Positions 34,233 to 36,681 of a stretch of DNA of 36,681 nucleotides are shown here, in pieces. Each line of letters opens with the position of its first letter. Position 1 is the first letter of the stretch. The position numbers and the translations under genes were made by a program. The stretch covers positions 1 to 36,681 of the forward strand of contig RBNJ01000206.1 in assembly GCA_003990765.1 (NCBI GenBank), in the 5' to 3' direction. The DNA comes from Jimgerdemannia flammicorona (taxonomy: Eukaryota). The notes under the pieces are model-generated. The model saw nothing but the letters and a program-made list of their open reading frames with translations. It was not told where the DNA came from and made no database searches.

Positions 34233-35070
34233 GAGTGCTCTGATCAAGTCAGGAAAATTTGAATCTGATTCAAATTTGCTAACTATGTAACTGATTCAAG
34301 CTAGTTCAAATTTATCACATGATGAATTCAAACTGATCCAAATTCATCATATGATGAATTTGAATCAGTTCAAATTTGAATGTATTATATAATAAGTTCA
34401 GATTGATTTGAATACAAATCAAACTAGCTCAAATTTATCTTAAGAGCTAAAATCTTGGCAAATTCTTCAAATGATAAACTAAACTAAATTAGAAGTCAAT
34501 TAGTACAAATTAACAAGTCTACCAAAAAGGGCAATTTTTTAGTAGAAAAAAAACTCTAAAAAAGAATACTATATTTGTCAAACTTCTACTAAATATTCAA
34601 AAACTAAGATATAATATGAAAATTAGTTACCAAATATATAATATCTACAGATTTTTTTGCTCTCCTAAGTTTCCAAAAAATTTATTATAGTAGTATACAG
34701 CTTCTAAGATTTTGTGACAAATACTCAGAGATAAACTGTTCAAAACTTTCTTATCTCCAATAACTGTTAAACTATATAGTTAATTTGAGTAAAATACTAT
34801 CATCATATTAGACTCTAGCAAAACTCCAATATTGTAAGCTAAATTATAGAACAAGTCTCTAGATTTTGAAATATACTGTTCTTCATGTTTGATGATATAG
34901 AGTAAAACAGATATCACATCTTGATCAGTGTAAGTAGAAGAGCTTATATATCAGTCAAAAAATATATTACTGACTTTTACTATATTTTACTCAAACTGAA
35001 ATTCTCTAAGTCTAAAATATATTCTAGATTGACTCAGATTCATCTGATCTCTATCTATTTCAGATAATTT
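34233..35070. mobile_element. Heavily decayed hAT-related remnant
   Basis: GAGTGCTCTGATCAAGTC resembles the hAT left end TAGTACTCTGAACAAGTC. Shares the ATTCATCA..TGATGAAT palindrome. CTCTATCTATTTCAGA (~35049-35064) resembles the right end. No clean TSD. Confidence 0.45.
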
Positions 35071-35509
35071 CAAAGCTAATGAAGATACTGGTGCCAAAGT
35101 TGGAAGCTCTGATACTAAAGTTGAGAATGTCAAGAATGCTGAGAATGTGACTTCTAGTAGGCTATTGGAGACTACTTGGGAGTAGTGTATCAGAGTAATG
35201 ATATACAGAGTTAGTGGAAGAATCTGAGAAATAGACTGGTGGAGAGGGTGGGAAAGAAATGGCTTACCTTAGGCTGAACTTTAGTGATTTGGGTAGGGTT
35301 GGCCAGTCACTGATTATTTGTTTTTGAAAATAGGAGGAGACTTGGCTTAGGGAACTGGTTATTGCATTGATATGGCCTTATGGAAGACATCTTGACAGAC
35401 TGGTGGCTTGGTTGAGAGCTACAGGATAGTTGAAGGTACTGCTTAGTGGAGAAGATCTGTAGGTAGAGTCAGAGAAGAGTGGGGGTAATGGGTGAGAAGG
35501 TGGCCTTCA

Positions 35510-36681
35510 GCTCCTTTCTCTGCTACCTTACTAGTCACAAGGTTTGGTAGGCGACCTTCTGAGTCCCCTTTCCCCTATTATTACCCCCTCTATCTCGGGT
35601 TGGTTTGCTGTGCCTGCAGGGGCATGGTGGGAGGAGGGCAATGGTGATGAGTTGCCCCTTTATTGGTGTCAGATCGGTACTTCCTCCACTTTTTCACAGA
35701 TTCTGGTGCCTTTGGCTGCATCTGGGGTGTACTCGTTTTGGTGTGACACCTTCTTCCTTTTGCTGTCACCAACAAGGTGTTGTCTCAGTGTGTCTCGGGC
35801 TACATAGGGAGTCAGCCGACCTTGGGCATCAAGTGCTCAGTGTAGGTTACCTGCAGGTCTTCGGTGCCTGTGGTGGGGCCCTCTGGCTTTGGCGAGCTTC
35901 CCGGTGAGCACAGTTCTGGCATAGATAACTGCTTTTCAGGTGTTGTCAGGATGAGAGGGGAGATGGCCATCACAGATAGGAGGAAGGGCGATTACGGTGA
36001 ACCAGTAGAGTGCTAGGCTGGGGGCGGTCATCGGGGCTGGGGCAGGTGCTGCTTCGGTGGGGCCTTTTGATTGGTGTGGCGCAGTTAGGTAGTAGGTGTC
36101 ACTATCGGCTTCTTTTGGCGGTCAGCGGGGTTGGGCCCCAGTCATCAGGGGGGTCAGGAGGCCCGAGGCTACCCATTTCAGGTATCTTGGCTGCACTCAA
36201 CTGGAACCGGGAGCTGACATGGCAATGTGATTGAGGCCCGCAGGCTTGAGTAGTGGGGTATTGGGGGTTTCCTCCCACCTCACGTATAAGTCCTTTACTC
36301 ACCTCGACTGGGAGAACCAGGCCCTACCCACCGTGTTGTGCTTTGATGAGGGTTTTTTCTTTACCTGTCATTCTCTTTAGGGTGGCAGGGGCTATTCTAT
36401 TCAGCTCAGGCATGGCCTTGTACATATGTTGGGTTCTCAGGCATGTGCTTTCGGTCATTGGCATATGGTTGGGTTTCCCCTGGTGATAGGGAGAGCATGG
36501 TGTACAGAATGAGGTGCGGGCCTATTGGCCCTGCTGCACCTGACATGGTCGAGCTACTGGACAATAGCTAGTCTAGGTTAATGGGATGGCAGTGCTTGGT
36601 GGGTGGTGGGGGAGGGTTTTGGCCTATATAGTCTAGGTTCCCTTCCAATAAAATTCCGCAGGACATGAGTCCGTTAAAAAA
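35510..36681 (+). mobile_element. Longest and least decayed copy of the poly(A) retroposon (5' end may extend to ~35075; tail at the window edge)
   Basis: Colinear with the split copy at 10034-17642. Ends AATAAAATTCCGCAGGACATGAGTCCGTTAAAAAA. Confidence 0.88.

Overview
Eukaryotic, intron-rich fungal DNA. An early-diverging, Mucoromycota-like origin is my inference from the gene architecture. The left half (1-17.8 kb) is a nest of CpG-depleted transposons. It contains a decayed chromodomain Ty3/Gypsy LTR retrotransposon (123-9994, minus strand, ATATC target duplication) whose ~2 kb LTRs each carry a decayed ~360-codon ORF. Next to it is a poly(A)-tailed retroposon, split by a 6.4 kb hAT DNA transposon (10896-17276, 12-bp TIRs, 8-bp TSD). 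Besides its transposase, this hAT carries a second, convergent, spliced gene whose C-terminus has the motif layout of a TET/JBP-type 2OG-Fe(II) dioxygenase; this is the most notable finding. A complete type III hammerhead ribozyme lies in unique sequence at 18345-18402. The centre holds four apparently intact, CpG-rich host genes: CGI121/TPRKB, phosphoacetylglucosamine mutase, FOX2 (two SDR domains + hydratase + SCP2, ending SKL) and a gamma-tubulin complex GRIP protein (GCP6-like). The right end has two more retroposon copies and a decayed hAT-related remnant. All calls are from reading the sequence by eye; no searches were run.
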